In this document: positions 1 to 13,391 of the stretch, piece after piece
Layout of the letters: each line of letters opens with the position of its first letter
Position numbering within the stretch: position 1 is the stretch's first letter
Assembly: GCA_951406725.2 (NCBI GenBank)
Contig: OX597821.1
Location: forward strand, 77,872,001-77,936,000
Length of the DNA stretch: 64,000 bases
Direction: 5' to 3'
DNA from: Octopus vulgaris
Lineage: Eukaryota
Program-made: the position numbers and the translations under genes
The notes under the pieces: generated by a model
Told to the model about the DNA's origin: nothing
Seen by the model: only the letters and a program-made list of their open reading frames with translations
Database searches by the model: none

Positions 1-52
1 AATGGAGTCGCATGAAACGATCGTACTGCATTACCCCTGGATATCCTTGTTG

Positions 53-268
<216 letters not shown>

Positions 269-782
269 GCCGAGCCATCTGTGTATCATAGTTAATCATT
301 TAGCATTCCGATTACTCTATCAAAAGTTATGTTTGTTTATTCACGTTATTTTGAATTAGTCATGCGTCATCTCATGGCTTCGAGATTTCGATTGTAGAGC
401 TAGTGTGATTAACCAGACGCAGCTGGTTAAAATAGGTAGAATATTTGGCTGATTTAAATACATCGTAAAAAAGCAAATTTACTGCTGTAGGAGACAGCTT
501 ACAAGCAATGGCATAGCTCATTTTTCAAATTTGACGCCTTTTCAGCAATTTTTTTAAAAACGTTTTAGTTCACTTCTGCGATAAAAGTCGAATCACTCCC
601 TCTTTTATGTTAATCGCATGGTATTGGAAGAACTGTCTGAACCGTTACTTATATGATCCAGCTCCCGTGTTCTTTGAGCTGTCTGCTCAATCTCGTGCGA
701 TGTGTTGATGGCCGCTGACATCTGAAGAACCAAAACAAACCCTGACGTCATAACCTCTCGATACTGGGCGATCCCGGGGATT

Positions 783-897
783 TTCTTCTTCTTCTTCTTC
801 TTCTTCTTCTTCTTCTTCTTCTTCTTCTTCTTCTTCTTCTTCTTCTTCTTCTTCTTCTTCTTCTTCTTCTTCTTCTTCTTCTTCTTCTTCTTCTTCT
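783..897. repeat. (TTC)n microsatellite
   Basis: Read directly. Confidence 0.98.
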
Positions 898-1189
898 TTT
901 TCAGTTACGTATATTATAACTAATGAAATATTTTGCGTAATATAACAGAAATGAGTTAAAAATCGCTATGTGTCGCGACACCTTTTTTTATGTACCTGCC
1001 TTTAAAACCTGACTATGCTACTGCTTATAAAACATGAAATTTGGCTCCTCTATTGTTTTCCTTGTGATATCTTATCGCCTGATACAGTATCCGTTCTCTC
1101 CGTAACAGCTGCTTTCCAGAAGTTCTTCAATATAAATTTCTTTATCGCCATAATGTCTTTCTGTCCAATATAAGCTGAAGCTAAATATC

Positions 1190-2200
1190 AAACGAACTTC
1201 ATCCACCTCGAAAAGCTCCAAACATAGCAGTTCATGGTATTTGCATCTGATGGATTTAGTGTCAAGAAGTTTGGTGCTACATGATCGTAAAGATTGTCTG
1301 AAATCCTTTCTTGGATTACGTACGCTTTCTGAGAAGGTGTTGAATCTTGTTGAAGCGCGTATACCCATCCACTGTGTAAATCATCCACCCAGAGCTTTTT
1401 ACAACGCGTTCCCTTCTATTATAGGCACAAAGCCTGAAGTTTGGTGGGAGAGGGTGCCAGTCGATTAGATCGACTTCAGTACACAACTGGTACTTAATTT
1501 ATCGACTCCAAAAGGATGAAAGGCAAAGTTCGCGAAGCATTTCGTCCAGCTTGCTAACGATTCTGCCACCTCAACGTATCCAGCAGCATTAATTCTATGA
1601 CATTTTAGGAGAATGTGAGTTGCTATGACTTGACCTTCATTACTCACCGCTCCTAAAATTATCAGTGTTGCTGGAAACTTAATGTGCACCACTCCGAGGA
1701 CCCTCTTATACTTTTGGCTTTGGTTGAAGTTTTTCCCATCAGAGGAGAACCAAAGCACGTTAAGTTTGCGAAGGTTTTAACTTTGTTGGTAGCTGCTTGG
1801 CACAGAGCGAACGGTTTTCCTGTGTCTTTGCAGATATGAATTGGCCTCTTCTCAACACATGGAACTTCTATAGAATGTCGTTGGGGGTCACAGTTCTGGT
1901 TATTTACTACGAGACTTGAGATTCTTTTGCGATGACCCTCATTGTTTCCCCCGAATCATCATTGATAAGGTTTTGAACAGGTGTATGATTTGAGGAATCG
2001 TCATAGTGTGCGAACGTTTAGAAACATGTTCCCTCCTTGATAGAGTTAAAACACTCTCGTTAAAGGTCTCCAATTCCACACAAGTATTGCATGCAAAAGA
2101 TCTTGCAACAATTAGAAAGTTGACAATTTCCAAATCGCTGCTCCGCATATACAGCAACAATGACTGCATGCCTTTTCCTTTTTTATGTCAGCGTTTTATC
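1190..2200 (-). pseudogene. Degraded Tc1/mariner-superfamily transposase, DD37D (maT) type
   Basis: Minus-strand fragments in order: KRHAVIVAV..SDLEIVNFLIVARSF (N-terminus), MLWFSSDGKNFNQ..KFPATLIILGAVSNEG (first D), YALQQDSTPSQKA..NPSDANTMNCYVW. 37 residues separate QQD from the third catalytic position (here N). Frameshifted and interrupted by a SINE at about 1400-1570. Confidence 0.85.
1400..1570 (-). mobile_element. tRNA-derived SINE family B fragment inserted in the maT relic
   Basis: ctggtacttaatttatcgactccaaaaggatgaaaggcaaagt...gctaacgattctgcca matches the copies at 13392-13597 and 32290-32885. Confidence 0.8.
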
Positions 2201-2243
2201 AGGTATGAGGGGGTGGGTCTGAAAGAAATAAAACCCCTTAGAT

Positions 2244-5200
2244 CAGTGCTTCCCAAACTTTTCGCGCAAAATTGCAATATCGCCCACCTATCGATCAAAA
2301 CATGCTCCATCACCCACCTGTTTAAAAATAACATGACACAACCCCGCCGACACAAAATTCCCTAGCCCCCACCCTGTATCATTTATCACACACTATATCG
2401 TAGATTCGTTGCCCTGTTAGTGCCGTTTGTACTAAATATGCGGTTGTTTACAAATCCCTTATTGAGGGTTTAGTTTTGCCATTAGTGTGAATAAAATTCT
2501 AACGTTAATTCTATGTTATGCAGACAGATTAAATTCTGGAAACTTGCGCTTTCTTTTACACTGATTTTCATTTTCCCCAAATGAACCATTGATCAGAACT
2601 ACCGATGCAAAAATAATTAATGATTTTATTATAAAGGAAAAGAATGCAATTTTTTAATGAGAACCATGTGTTTGGTGCGACGCAGCTACTGCTGATACAT
2701 TCGGTTTCAAACTTGTCAACTTTAGCCCCAAGTCTCCTCGTTGTATCACATCCAGTCCAATTCTTTTATGGGAAAATAAAGTTCCAACATGGTTAAAACC
2801 AGATTCAACCAGGTATGAGGTAGGGAAGACAAGCAAAAGTAATTTCAGATGTTTCTACAGACTGGAGTAGGAATTCAATATACACTGATGATACCACAAA
2901 CCTTCTTTGCCATTACGGTGGTATCGCATTGTGGCGTCATTATCATTTTGTAATTCTATCAATTCTTACTGAACGTCATCCTCGCAATCAACTGCATCGA
3001 CCTCAAACGGATTGCTATACCAATTCGGCATATTCAGCACAATAACATCTTGAAATCGCTCCACAAGGATATGGTGCAATGATTGTAAATAGCTGCAATA
3101 TGTAGTTAAATCCTCATCAACTAATTCATCTTTCAAAGAATCAAGTTGTGCCAATTGATCGAATTGAAGTTTGGAAATGTTAGTCTTTTACAACATCAAT
3201 TTCGAAATGAAGGTGGTGATAAATGATTTACAATCAATGAAAGTTTTTGTTTGCTTGCGATAACTTATTCAAATCATTTAATTTTGTGAATATATCACAA
3301 AGAAAAAAAGATATCGCACCTTGCAGCCATCACTGAAGCTGAGAGTGGAGTCTCTTCAAAGAAAGATATGATTATATGAAACAGTTCAACAAAGCGTAAA
3401 ACACAGTTTCCTTTTGATAACCACCGCACTTCAATATGGTATAAGAGTTTAGTATGGGTCCTCATAATTTCTCAGACAGAGTTGATGGAAAATTCGATCA
3501 GACAAGGGACTTGACTTCAATTTTTTCATAGTCTTGATAACTAACTGAAGTGCATCATTTAATGTACTGTTCGTATTTTTTGCCACTAAATGCTGCCGGT
3601 GTGCCAAGCAATGAACAGTTGGTATCTGGTGGGAAATTTCATGCTTTAGGAGAGATGAAAAGCCTCTGTATCTTCCTATCAACGAAGGGGCTCCATCAGA
3701 CGCACAGGCAAGAATATTATTGAGTGGGATATTATGATCAAAAAGGAAAGACTTGAGAGTGTGAAAAATAGTTGCACCTTTTGAATCAAGCGGCAATTTC
3801 TCTGTGAATAGTATTTCGTCACAAGGTTGAAGGTCTTCGCTGAAATACCGAACATATACCATCATCAAACATTGATTGTCCACAACAATTGACTCATCCA
3901 CTTATTTAGAAAATTCAGAACGCTGGAGAATATTAATGAGCTGATGTTTGACATCTTTGGCCATTTCCTCGATGCTTCGAGAAATTGTTATTACTAAGTG
4001 GGATCTTCATAATGTTATCGAGTTTTTCGTGCATAACGGTTGACAAAATCTCTTCGATACTGGGCGAAGAAATGTTTCTCCAATTGTGTAAAACTTCTCA
4101 GACTTAGCAACAAGCGATGCTATGTTGTACGATGCAATCAACCCGTCATTCTCCTGATTACCAGTTTCCTGGAGCAGCGCGCTGAATGTTTGTATTTACT
4201 TTTTGAAAGAGGAGCTCAGTTGCAAAAAGTATGATAAGGGCTTGTTCTTCTTGTCAGAATGCTTTGCATCAAAGGGATACTTCAAGCGTGAAGGTTTCAT
4301 TGCTTCGTTGGTCAATGTTTGATGGCAAAGAAGGCACATTGGTAACTAACAGTTCTGAAGAGAGAGAATAAATCCAAAGGATAAATAATCACTGTCGACA
4401 AATTTTCTTGACTGGAGGCATCAGTAAAGTGAAAATGTGAAAACGAATTTCTACAGATGGCGTCAGAAAGGCAGTATGGTATTCCCAAAGAGAAGAAGAC
4501 GTCAATAGAGCAGAGTCAGATGATACGTCTTTACTGGAGCAAATACGGATCTAGTTCTTTTGACAGTCATCATTTAAAAAATTACAGTGTAACGAAAATT
4601 TTAAAATTTGGCACATTAATGTACCTTTCCAAGCTAAATTGCTGGAGTTATTCAACTTTCTCCAGGAAAATGTTTCTAAAAAGTTATTGAGGTTTAAAGT
4701 TTGATTATTTTCACCCAGCCAAGAAACACTATTTCAGAGCCCTCATTTTGTGCCTGACTGCACATTTTGTCAACATCCTGAAAATAGCACTTGTGCTTTG
4801 ATATGAAACCACAGAATTACTCATTACATATAACCCTTCATAACTTTTTTATTTTTCAGAGATTTCGGGAAATTTTTGCGCATTTGAATTCTACACGCAG
4901 GACTTCATACGATGATGCCAAAAAGAAAAAAAAAACATGTAGTGGAGTGAGATTTGGCTGCTATGTTTAGAACGCATGAAAACCATCTCAATGACTGTGA
5001 CAAAAATATTCGATCAATAAACAAGTTCGCGTTTTTAATTCAAAGGGACCTCTCATGCAAGTGCACCCTTATTCTAGGCATCAGTAGATATCAGTAAATG
5101 CAGACTTATTTTCTAAAAATTCATTGTCACCCACAAAATGTTCATATCGCCCGCCAAAATCTCAATTCGCCCACCATTTTCTAGAAATTCGCCCATAGCC

Positions 5201-5258
5201 CACCTGTAATTTGAACTCGCCTACCGGTGGGCGATATCGCCCACTTTGGGAAGCTATG
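2244..5258 (-). mobile_element. Full-length degraded hAT DNA transposon, Buster/Charlie group
   Basis: Terminal inverted repeats CAGTGCTTCCCAAA (2244) and TTTGGGAAGCTATG (ends 5258); 8-bp TSD ccttagat / ctttagat with central TA; internal transposase relic. Confidence 0.9.
2654..4400 (-). pseudogene. Buster-type (ZBED5/SCAND3-like) hAT transposase pseudogene
   Basis: BED-finger region YLSFGFI..MCLLCHQTLTNEAMKPSRLK; DESIVVDNQCLMMVYVRYF; ASDGAPSLIG; VHCLAHRQHL (CxxH); YHIEVRWLSKG; FPTSYLVESGF; C-terminal HQTHGSH. Multiple stops and frameshifts. Confidence 0.92.
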
Positions 5259-5478
5259 CTTTAGATGGTTTGAAGATAGGAATATTCTCTCCTCAATTAG
5301 CCCTCGTAGTTTCTTTATACACAACACACACAGACGCGCGCGCGCACACACACACACCTCTGCACATATATATGCCTGTGTATGTGCGCATATGAGTGTA
5401 TGTGAGTAGGTGTATGTGAGCGTGTCTGAGTTGTGTGAATGTGTGTGTGTGTGTGTGTATGAGAGAGAGTGAGGGTGA

Positions 5479-5530
<52 letters not shown>

Positions 5531-5854
5531 CTATGCGAGAGCATTTGTTCAACAACACTGCGGAGACATTTGTTCACTTGAAAATAGGTTTTAAAAAAAT
5601 TGAAAGAATAAAAAAGAGAAAAAGAAAGACAGGAGACAAAATACTAACTACCATGGCAACGATATTGGCTGACAGTATTGTTGGCCTCGAAATTTTGCCT
5701 ATTCATGGCTAATGCAAAACACGATCTCCACAGTCTTATTTTAAGTTTGAAAATGCATACACAACACATACATACATACATACACAACTCAATCCACTGC
5801 ACATACACACATGAGCGACCACGCAGGTGCTGTTACATAACTATAAACATAATT

Positions 5855-6225
5855 GGCAGAGCGGTTAAGCGTCGGAATAGATTTTGTTCTAACTCCCTGC
5901 TCTCTGTGTTCAAATCCCACCCAGGTAAATAAACTTCTCCTTTCATCCCTTTCAGGATCGAGAAAACGTGTCGATCTAGAAGGTGGATCGGCGTAACTAT
6001 AAGCATGTCGGACCAGAAGCGTTGCACTGTTTGTTCCGATTCCCTCCGGTCTGAGCTCTAATCCTGCTGAGGTCGACTTTACCATTGCACTCATTCGAGG
6101 GTGATTTAAAAATGTATAAATCCAGTGGGTGGATCGGCGGAAGTGTAAAAACGTCGGACTGGATGAATACTTCGTGATAATTGTCCTATCTCTTTGCAGT
6201 CTGAGTTCAAATCCCGTCATAGCTT
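5855..6225 (+). mobile_element. Cluster of degenerate SINE family B heads
   Basis: Repeated ctgagttcaaatcc-like B boxes plus the ctttcatccctttcaggatcga central motif. Confidence 0.6.
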
Positions 6226-6799
6226 ACTTGGATGGTAAACTTAATCTATGGTCCGGTTTAACACCCCTACCTGCTACCCTTGGGTGCCTTTAGCAAAATC
6301 CATTCTGGTCAAGCATTCTGGCTAGGAATCCAGTTTCAGGTTACCTTTGTCCGTACGCTCATCGATCTCAGAGACCATTTAAAGGGTTATGGGCCATGCC
6401 TTCCATCCTGATTAAATTATCTTTTACCTTTTGTTTCAGTCATTTGAATGCGGCCATGCTGGGGCACCATCTAGAAGCGATTTTAGTTGAATGAATCTAC
6501 CCACCAGTATTTCCTTTTTTAAAAGCCTGATATTTATTCTATCGGTGTCTTTTGCCGAACCGTTAAGTTGCGGGATGTAAGCACACTAACACCGATTGTC
6601 AAGCGGTGGTACACACACAAACATGTCGTCCCATGTATACACAAATATCCGACCCAAAGTGGGAGTCGCAACGTAGTCACTCGATCTGCTAGAAATAACA
6701 GCGAAATTTCCTTCAAATCGCACCCACATCGTCTTCAACAGAAGACCACATGACATAATACAGTCTTAAAACAACAACAGCAACAGTAATAATGCTTTC

Positions 6800-7150
6800 T
6801 AGTAAAGGTCCAAGGCCTGAAATTCCAGGGGAGGGGACTAGTCAATTACATCGACCCAACTGTTTCACTGATTTTATCGGCCCCGAAAGGATGAAAGCAA
6901 AGTCAACCCCAGCGAAATTTGAAACCAACAACAACAATAATAATAATTTCTTTTATTAGCTACAGGGTTCATTACATACAGGATGGGGAGAAAGACGTGG
7001 AAAAAAACCCAGTGAAATGCGATCAAAATTTGCATAGGGATACAGAAACTACTGGTGTAGGACAAACTCCATTAAGGGCCAATCAATGAACTCCACAGAA
7101 CCGCTAAGCATTTTGTCCGGAGTGCTAACGGTTCTGCCAGCTCGCCGCCT
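6800..7150 (-). mobile_element. SINE family B copy, interrupted
   Basis: gctaacggttctgccagctcgccgcc head and ccccgaaaggatgaaagcaaagtcaacc core. Confidence 0.7.
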
Positions 7151-7169
7151 TTATAATTATGATACAAAT

Positions 7170-7392
7170 ACTCTTTACTCTCTTTTTACTCTTTTACTTC
7201 TTTCAGTCATTTGACTGCGGCCATGCTGGAGCACGGCCATTAGTCGAACGAATCGACCCCATGACTTATTCTTTGTAAGCCTAGTACTTATTCTATCAGT
7301 TTCTTTTGCCGAACCGCTAGGCTACGTGGGCGTAAACACACCAGCCTCGGTTGTCAAGCGATGTTGGGGGTACAAACACACACACACACACA

Positions 7393-7452
<60 letters not shown>

Positions 7453-7557
7453 TACACATATATACGACGGGCTTTTTTCAGTTTCTGTCTACCAAATCCA
7501 CTCACAAGGCTTTGGTCGGCCCGAGGCTATAGCAGAAGACACTTGCCCCAGGTGCCA
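7170..7557 (-). mobile_element. SINE family A with internal (CA)n, 5'-truncated
   Basis: Close match to 9460-9874. Confidence 0.88.
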
Positions 7558-7667
7558 TGATAATTTTTTTTGTACAAGTAGAGATAAATATATTTTTTTC
7601 AACGTGTAAATACTGACAGAACATCATATGTAGGACAAAATCCTTACAGAGCAGAAAAAAACTCAGT

Positions 7668-7741
7668 AACCAGCCATGAGACTCGAACTCACACCCCTTC
7701 AATTTCTGGTCAAAGTGCTTTACTAATTAAGCTAAGCTGCT
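7668..7741 (-). pseudogene. tRNA-like sequence (tRNA pseudogene or SINE head)
   Basis: Minus strand reads agcagcttagcttaattagtaaagca...gtgagttcgagtctca, with A-box and B-box/T-loop-like motifs; stems imperfect. Confidence 0.5.
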
Positions 7742-7896
7742 TTACTGACAAATTCTTCTAGGGGTACAAATGAGGTGGGGATATCAAGAGACAATTATTT
7801 GTGTGAGGGAGATAGACAAAATTAAGTGAATTCACGGTTGAATCGGTTTTGATAATAATGAGGAGATCTGCTTAGTGAGAGTAGAACTGGGGCTAA

Positions 7897-8056
7897 ACAG
7901 CACCATCACCAGCGTCAGCAGCAGCCTCAGCAACAGCAGCAGCATCACCACCAGAGCCACACCACCACCACCACCACCACCATCAACAACAACAACAACA
8001 ACAACAACAGTGCTATCTCCTCCATCCCCACCATCAACACCACCAGCACCAGCACC

Positions 8057-8088
<32 letters not shown>

Positions 8089-8125
8089 CAGTGCCATCTC
8101 CTCCATCCCCACCATCAAAACCACC

Positions 8126-8157
<32 letters not shown>

Positions 8158-8238
8158 CAACACTGCCATCTCCTCCATCCCCACCTTCAAAACCACCACC
8201 ATCACCACCACCACCACCACCACCACCACCACCACCAC
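7897..8238. repeat. (CCA)/(CAA)/(CAG) compound microsatellite with three higher-order units
   Basis: The anchor tgc[ct]atctcctccatccccacc recurs three times between CAA and CCA runs. Confidence 0.9.
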
Positions 8239-8848
8239 TATGTGCACGAAGCATGCACTGTGACACTCGCTTTCAAATCACAGAAAAAGAGATAAAATGA
8301 AGAGAAAAATACATCTCTAAAACCAAAGTTTATGGATACGCATGATTGCACGCGTTATTTCATCCATGCGCAAGACACAGCGGAAGTAACGTGCAGGATT
8401 TCTTCTCGTATATTTGTATTATTTGTTTTGTTTGTTTGTTTGTTAGTTTTATCAGTTGGTTTTAGTGACTGTTAGTAAGCTGGTGAGTTTAGTATATACA
8501 GTTTTAGCAGTAAACTCATACGTGACCAAGCGTAATCGGAAAGCCAGGAATGAGTGAGACACATGTTGACACATACACACACATACACACTCACACACCC
8601 ACACACACACGTACACACACTCAGACACTCGCGGTGATTGCAACACTCACCGAAAACTCATCTTTGAGGATTATCTGATTGATGAAATACTTTCTAGAAG
8701 GACAACAGTGACGGTATCACCAACACGACCACCACGATCAAATAAATTGAACTATACTATTGAAAAGGATACACACAGGACATATATACAAAACCCAACT
8801 ATCTACGTTACTGGATATGTATGGAATTGATGTCAAATAACAACGTGT

Positions 8849-8915
<67 letters not shown>

Positions 8916-9406
8916 GTAATAATAATAATAGTAATAAGATTATTATTATTATTTAGTTAGTGGTTTGTTTATCAACATTATCGACAACTTCAATGACAGT
9001 TTATTTTGAAGTGAAAACAAAAAACATTAAAAGTTTACAGACAGTTCGGAGAAACTTAAATGAGTCCGTTTTACGCCGAGAAAGAAACAGACAATATCGT
9101 TATTAAACATAATAATTATAACTGTTATTATAATAACAATAATAGTAATAAAATTATTATCATTATTGTTATCATAATCGTGCCGTAAGAAAAGGAACTA
9201 AAGTGGCAGGAAGTAACCAAGTAAGAGGATTTTTTTCATATATATATTTATGTCTATACATGCACAAATATGCACACACACATACATACATGCACACACC
9301 GGGTGAACTGGATCTCTTTCACTATGTATTTTGATATAATCACGCATTTCACGAATATACGAGTGCATAACGTTTTTCCATTTATGGATTCTTGGACAAT
9401 ATACGG

Positions 9407-9454
<48 letters not shown>

Positions 9455-9459
9455 ATATC

Positions 9460-9668
9460 TCTTTTAGTCTTTTACTTGTTTTCAGTCATTTGACTGCGGC
9501 CATGCTGGAGCACCGCCTTTAGTCGTGCAAATCGACCCCAGGACTTATTCTTTGTAAGCCTTGTAATTATTCTATCGGTCTCTTTTGCCGAACCGCTCAG
9601 TTACGTGAACGTAAACACACCACCATCGGTTGTCAAGCGATGTTGGGGGACAATCACAAACACATAAA

Positions 9669-9711
<43 letters not shown>

Positions 9712-9874
9712 GACAGGCTTCTTCCAGTTTCCGTCTACCAAATCCACTCACAAGGCTTTGGTCGGCCCGAGGCTATAGTAGAAGACACTTGCCCAAGGTG
9801 CCATGCAGTGAGAATGAACCCGGAAGCATGTGGTTGGTAAGCAAGCTACTTACCACACAGCCACTCCTGCGCCT
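9460..9874 (-). mobile_element. Full-length SINE family A (tRNA head, CORE-like accttgggcaagtg segment, internal (TG)n)
   Basis: Minus strand: aggcgcaggagtggctgtgtggtaag (A box), ccgggttcatt (B box), ggcaccttgggcaagtgtctt, tail gactgaaaacaagtaaaaga. More than ten related copies in the window. Confidence 0.9.
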
Positions 9875-10389
9875 ATGTACATATATATGTGAATGCATAT
9901 GTATATATGTACATAATATCTATGAATATATGTAAATATACATACATGCATACATATATACGTACATACACATATACACATACATTTATACATAATACAT
10001 GCACACGTACATACATACATACATACATACATACATACATACATACATACATACATACATACATAAATGATAAAATGTATGGTAAATAAACAAACGACTT
10101 AAAGTATCCTGAGTGAATAAACCGGACGGGAGACAGACACAGATGGTCCCTTATTCTTCAGTTAACAACCAATTCGTGCGGTTGTACACTTAGCGTACAT
10201 TATGACGGTTGTTTACTTACCATACATTTTTCATTTATTAAGTAACGGAACGCAACACACACCGAATTTGTACATACATACATACATGCATGCATACATA
10301 GATACATACATACATACATACATACATGCATACATACACACATACACACATTTATATATACATACCTACGTACGTTAATGCAGACAATC

Positions 10390-10765
10390 GGAGGCGCAAT
10401 GGCCCAGTGGTTAGGGCAGCGGACTCGCGGTCATAGGATCGCGGTTTCGATTCCCAGACCGGGCGTTGTGAGTGTTTATTGAGCGAAAACACCTATAGCT
10501 CCACGAGGCTCCGGCAGGGGATGGTGGTGATCCCTGCTGTACTCTTTCACCACAACTTTCTCTCACTCTTACTTCCTGTTTCTGTTGTACCTGTATTTCA
10601 AAGGGCCGGCCTTGTGTCACGCTGAATATCCCCAAGAACTACGTTAAGGGTACACGTGTCTGTGGAGTGCTCAGCCACTTACACGTTAATTTCACGAGCA
10701 GGCTGTTCCGTTGATTCGGATCAACCGGAACCCTCGTCGTCGTAACCGACGGAGTGCTTCCATCC
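10390..10765 (+). mobile_element. Full-length tRNA(Arg)-like SINE family C with 13-bp TSD
   Basis: tggcccagtgg A box, ggtttcgattccc B box; TSD aatgcagacaatc (10377-10389) / aatgcatacaatc (10766-10778). Confidence 0.9.
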
Positions 10766-11149
10766 AATGCATACAATCGTTTCGAACAGCGATATTAAAA
10801 TCATGCAAATTCATGGTTGAATAAAAATAATTGAATTAGTTCAATTAATTTAATTATATATTACTGTGCTTATCAATGCGAGACGTATAAACAATTTTTT
10901 TTTTTTTACAATGGACTTGATAAAGGAAGTAGCAGAGTAAGATTTTGGAGATTCATATTTATTCTTATGAGACAGAATGAAGAGGTGTGAATACGGGATA
11001 CCTTTCCATAAATTCGCAACACACCATATACAAGTATTCTTTTCATATTCGCAAACTTACACCAGTAAGCTACCAGCAAAATATGAAGACTCTATATTAG
11101 AAATTTTTTTTGGAATCCTTCAGATTAAAGGACGAAATTTAATCCAACC

Positions 11150-11223
<74 letters not shown>

Positions 11224-11227
11224 CATA

Positions 11228-11592
11228 AACTGAATAAACAGAGTCAATAGGAAGGAGTACGTTTAGATAGCTATTTAATAAACACTACACACGTTTCGAT
11301 ACAACATAGATCCACATATACACAGGATTTAAATTAATAAACGGTTTACCTGTATAATGGGACCAGTTGTATCTCCTCAGGTGACATATAATGTGTTAGC
11401 TTCAAAGTCAAAGATTTAGTTACGGGGACAACGATTACATCCTGAGGAGATGCAACTGGATGCCGTTATACAGGTAAACCGTTGCTTAATTCAAATCCTG
11501 TGTATATGTGGATCTATGTTAGTATCGAAACTTGTGTAGTGTTTAAATAGCTGTCTCAACGTACTTCTTCCTGTTCACTCTATTTATTCGAT
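11228..11592. mobile_element. Fold-back element with about 155-bp inverted arms and a hammerhead motif in each arm (Penelope pseudo-LTR-like)
   Basis: 11228-11381 is the reverse complement of 11441-11592 with scattered mismatches; starts at a (CA)n tract. Confidence 0.8.
11283..11383 (-). ncRNA. Type I hammerhead ribozyme motif with long helix II insert
   Basis: cac CUGAGGA GAUAC...(about 70 nt)...GUAUC GAAA C-gugu-G UA gug; mirror copy on the plus strand at 11441-11541. Confidence 0.6.
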
Positions 11593-11806
11593 GTTTATTT
11601 TTCACACACGATGAATGCCTAAGCCTAGACTTCGAACACTACCGGTTATTTAGTAATTCTAAGGGTGAACGAACTCTATTTTGTACTCTAATACGTTCCT
11701 AACAGAATACACTTTAAATATATATATCAAAATGTAACCACATGTGGATCGTTGGAGATCTTTTCCCTCCCGTTTTCCTTTTCTCTTGGACTTTCTTCCG
11801 TCTCCT

Positions 11807-11841
11807 GTTTCTGACGAATGGCTTTGCTCGAAATGTAAAAC
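11807..11841 (+). ncRNA. Minimal type I hammerhead motif in a pseudo-LTR-like segment (about 11660-11940)
   Basis: guuu CUGACGA auggc uuu gcuc GAAA UG UA aaac; helix I guuu/aaac, helix III reduced to one pair. Confidence 0.55.
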
Positions 11842-11951
11842 TACTTTACTTTCCTTCCCTGAGCGACTGCTAATACTTTGCATGTGCCACGTCCTCGCGT
11901 TGTTATTTTTTTCCCTTGTGTTTGCTCTTCGTTTTGTTTGAAGATTTACTA

Positions 11952-12109
<158 letters not shown>

Positions 12110-12610
12110 TATACATACATACATATATACATGCATACAGACACACACACACACAAATATATATATATATATATTACATTTATTTATTTGTTTGTTTGTT
12201 TGGATGTATGTGTATGTATGCATGCATGTGTGTATGTGTGTAAAAATAAACGTCTCTTAGTTTAAGAACATTAAAAACCCATCTATTACAATTTTCATAT
12301 GACGTTGTACTCTAAGATTAACAAATTAATCATTATTGGAATATATGATCGCAAATTAGAAGAATCGTTAGGTTGTCTGATATATCATCCCGCGCGACAT
12401 ACTCTTTCTGGCTGTTCGAGTCTGAGTTCCGATCCCATTGAGGTCGACTTTGACTTATAATTTTTTTAGGGTCAATGAAATACAAGCCAAGGACAGTCGA
12501 ACTGTGGTAATAATAATGAAAAAAAAAAAGTATCAGACGAGAGGCATTGCAATATCCCTTCTGGTTCTTTGCTGTTCTGATTGCAGTGGCTCCGACGACA
12601 CGTGCATGCC

Positions 12611-12863
12611 ACATACATACATACATACATACATACATACATACATACATACATACATACATACATACATAGATGCATACATACATACATACATACATAC
12701 ATACATACATACATACATACATACATACATACATACATACATACATACATACATAGATGCATACATACATACATACATACATACATACATACATACATAC
12801 ATACATACATACATACATACATACATACATACATACATACATACATACATGCCTACACACATG

Positions 12864-12895
<32 letters not shown>

Positions 12896-13070
12896 CATAC
12901 ATACATACATGCATACATACATACATAGATGCGTACATACATACACACATACATACATACATAAATACATACATACATACATGCATACATACATAAATAC
13001 ATACATACATACATACATACATACATACATACATACATACATACATACATACATACATACATACATACAA
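12611..13070. repeat. (TACA)n tetranucleotide microsatellite
   Basis: Read directly; source of the MYVC/HTYI ORFs. Confidence 0.98.
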
Positions 13071-13391
13071 TAAATACATGCATGCATATTTATCTACTAT
13101 GAATTTTTTAAATTTTGAACTCTCATCCAACATATTGTATGAATATGAAATTGTTAATCGATTCGAACAATTCTTTATGGAATCCTTTACCTTGAATTTT
13201 TATCTCTTTATTTGTCACTCTTGCATTCGGTACCTGAACCCAACGTACATGATGCATAGTTTTCAAATATGACATTTAAGGGTAGTTTTGTTCACTGATT
13301 TATAAATTTATATATTTAGTTCGTTGTGTGTTTAAAATTATGCTTTGGAACTTGTATTGATTGCCTGGATGTTCCTTCTATAATTTCCTAA

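Noticed and set aside
743-750. TGACGTCA CRE palindrome
   Set aside because: A single 8-mer is expected by chance in 64 kb, and no linked gene was found.
2654-4400. Domesticated ZBED5/SCAND3-type host gene
   Set aside because: Many stops and frameshifts, and the terminal repeats and TSD are still present.
10390-10465. Functional tRNA-Arg gene
   Set aside because: It continues into a multi-copy SINE body bounded by a TSD, with no poly-T terminator.
12333-13133. Long MYVC/HTYI/IYIY ORFs here and at 24, 35, 39-41, 49 and 56 kb
   Set aside because: Translations of stop-free (TACA)n, (TA)n and (CA)n microsatellites, open on both strands.
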